The notes beneath the pieces were generated by a model. It was not told the DNA's origin, did not search any database, and was given only the letters and a program-made list of their open reading frames with translations. Below, one piece after another: positions 63,263-64,000 of a DNA stretch of 64,000 bases (positions are counted from its first letter, which is position 1; the number at the start of each line of letters is the position of its first letter). The position numbers and the translations under genes were made by a program. The DNA is taken from NCBI GenBank assembly GCA_963724295.1, contig CAVRUC010000009.1, positions 192,001 to 256,000 of the forward strand. The letters are read 5' to 3'. This DNA comes from an uncultured Chloroflexia bacterium (GTDB lineage Bacteria > Chloroflexota > Chloroflexia > Thermomicrobiales > UBA6265).

Positions 63263-64000
63263 CTACCACCCCTCGATCATCGTGAGTTCGAGCTCCGCCA
63301 ACCCCTCCGGATCCGCGATGGCGTCGATGGCGACGACTTTTCCCTCGCGGATCGAGAAGTCGAGGACCATCATCAGGCGACCACGCGGTGCCACCACCAC
63401 GCCCACGTTTCCGTTGACCAGCACCGGCCGCGCCGCCCGCGCGCGGCCACGCATCGCCTGCGGCGCCACCGCCTCGGCGCCGCGGACCTCCCGCTGCCCT
63501 CCCACCAGGGCAGTCACGGCGTCATAGCGGAGGACGACATCCGGGTCGAGGACCGCCAGCAAGCCCCGAAAATCGCCAGCTCGCGCGGCAGCCAGGAAGG
63601 CATCGACCACCGCCCTCTGCCGGTCGCGGTCGCCGCCGCCCGCCTTCACAACGCTCTCGCGGCCATCTCCCTCACCTCGTTCGCCCGCCCCTACCTCCGC
63701 ACCCGCCCCATGCACGCGGCGGCGCGCGCGACTGGCGAGCTGCCGCGTCGCGGCCGGTGTCCGCCCCACGATCGGCGCGATCTCGTCGAAGGGAACGGCA
63801 AACATGTCGTGCAGGACGAATGCCAGCCGCTCAGCTGGCTCCAGCTTCTCCAGAACGACCAGCATCGCCAGGCCGACCGAGTCGGCCAGCAGCGCCTCCT
63901 GCTCGGGATCGACGCCTTCCGCGCGATTAGCCGGTGTCGCCAGTCCCGACGCGTCCAGGGACTCCTCGCGTCGCGACTTGCGGAAGCGCAGCATGTCGAG
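63263..64000 (-). CDS. ECF41-type sigma-70 factor with C-terminal SnoaL-like domain (5' end outside the window)
   Basis: LADSVG.A.LVVL..L.PAER.AFVLHD.F.VPF.EIA, RQLASRARR.V, V.AFL.A...GD...L..VL.PDVV. Confidence 0.9.
   Translation of the reverse strand, partial: LDMLRFRKSRREESLDASGLATPANRAEGVDPEQEALLADSVGLAMLVVLEKLEPAERLAFVLHDMFAVPFDEIAPIVGRTPAATRQLASRARRRVHGAGAEVGAGERGEGDGRESVVKAGGGDRDRQRAVVDAFLAAARAGDFRGLLAVLDPDVVLRYDAVTALVGGQREVRGAEAVAPQAMRGRARAARPVLVNGNVGVVVAPRGRLMMVLDFSIREGKVVAIDAIADPEGLAELELTMIEGW

Overview
GC-rich bacterial chromosome window, most likely Chloroflexota (Thermomicrobiales-like). This rests on the 'YFxETGH...FGxPxSE' repeats in an L,D-transpeptidase, two Uma2 genes, many sugar ABC clusters and GAAC-N4-GTTC SOS boxes. 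About 13 genes carry apparent small indels, often in short homopolymers, which points to long-read assembly error rather than biology. Bases 1-1950 look like the decayed end of an element integrated at tRNA-Thr(TGT), with an integrase C-terminal remnant and a trypsin-like protease gene broken by an in-frame stop. The core contains housekeeping and metabolic genes: an IDH/IPMDH-family dehydrogenase, gpmI, nfi, acyl-CoA carboxylase, DmpA peptidase, HtrA, fabD/fabF, CBS with a cystathionine lyase, nitrilase and a detached nuoH-J-K block. It also holds three sugar ABC clusters, two of them with GH13/GH106-like hydrolases and LacI. The most striking item is an intact, apparently cytoplasmic fusion at 53847-56042(-) of a plant NAL1-like serine protease and a complete S1/P1-nuclease/phospholipase-C domain. 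Its Zn-binding 'Trp1' (W-G-x-x-G-H) is internal, suggesting a self-activating protease-nuclease zymogen, possibly anti-phage. Also notable are two exact SOS boxes at well-formed promoters of non-canonical SOS genes, and a dispersed octamer-built palindromic repeat family, one copy of which sits in-frame inside the GH13 gene. All family assignments come from motif recognition, not database searches.
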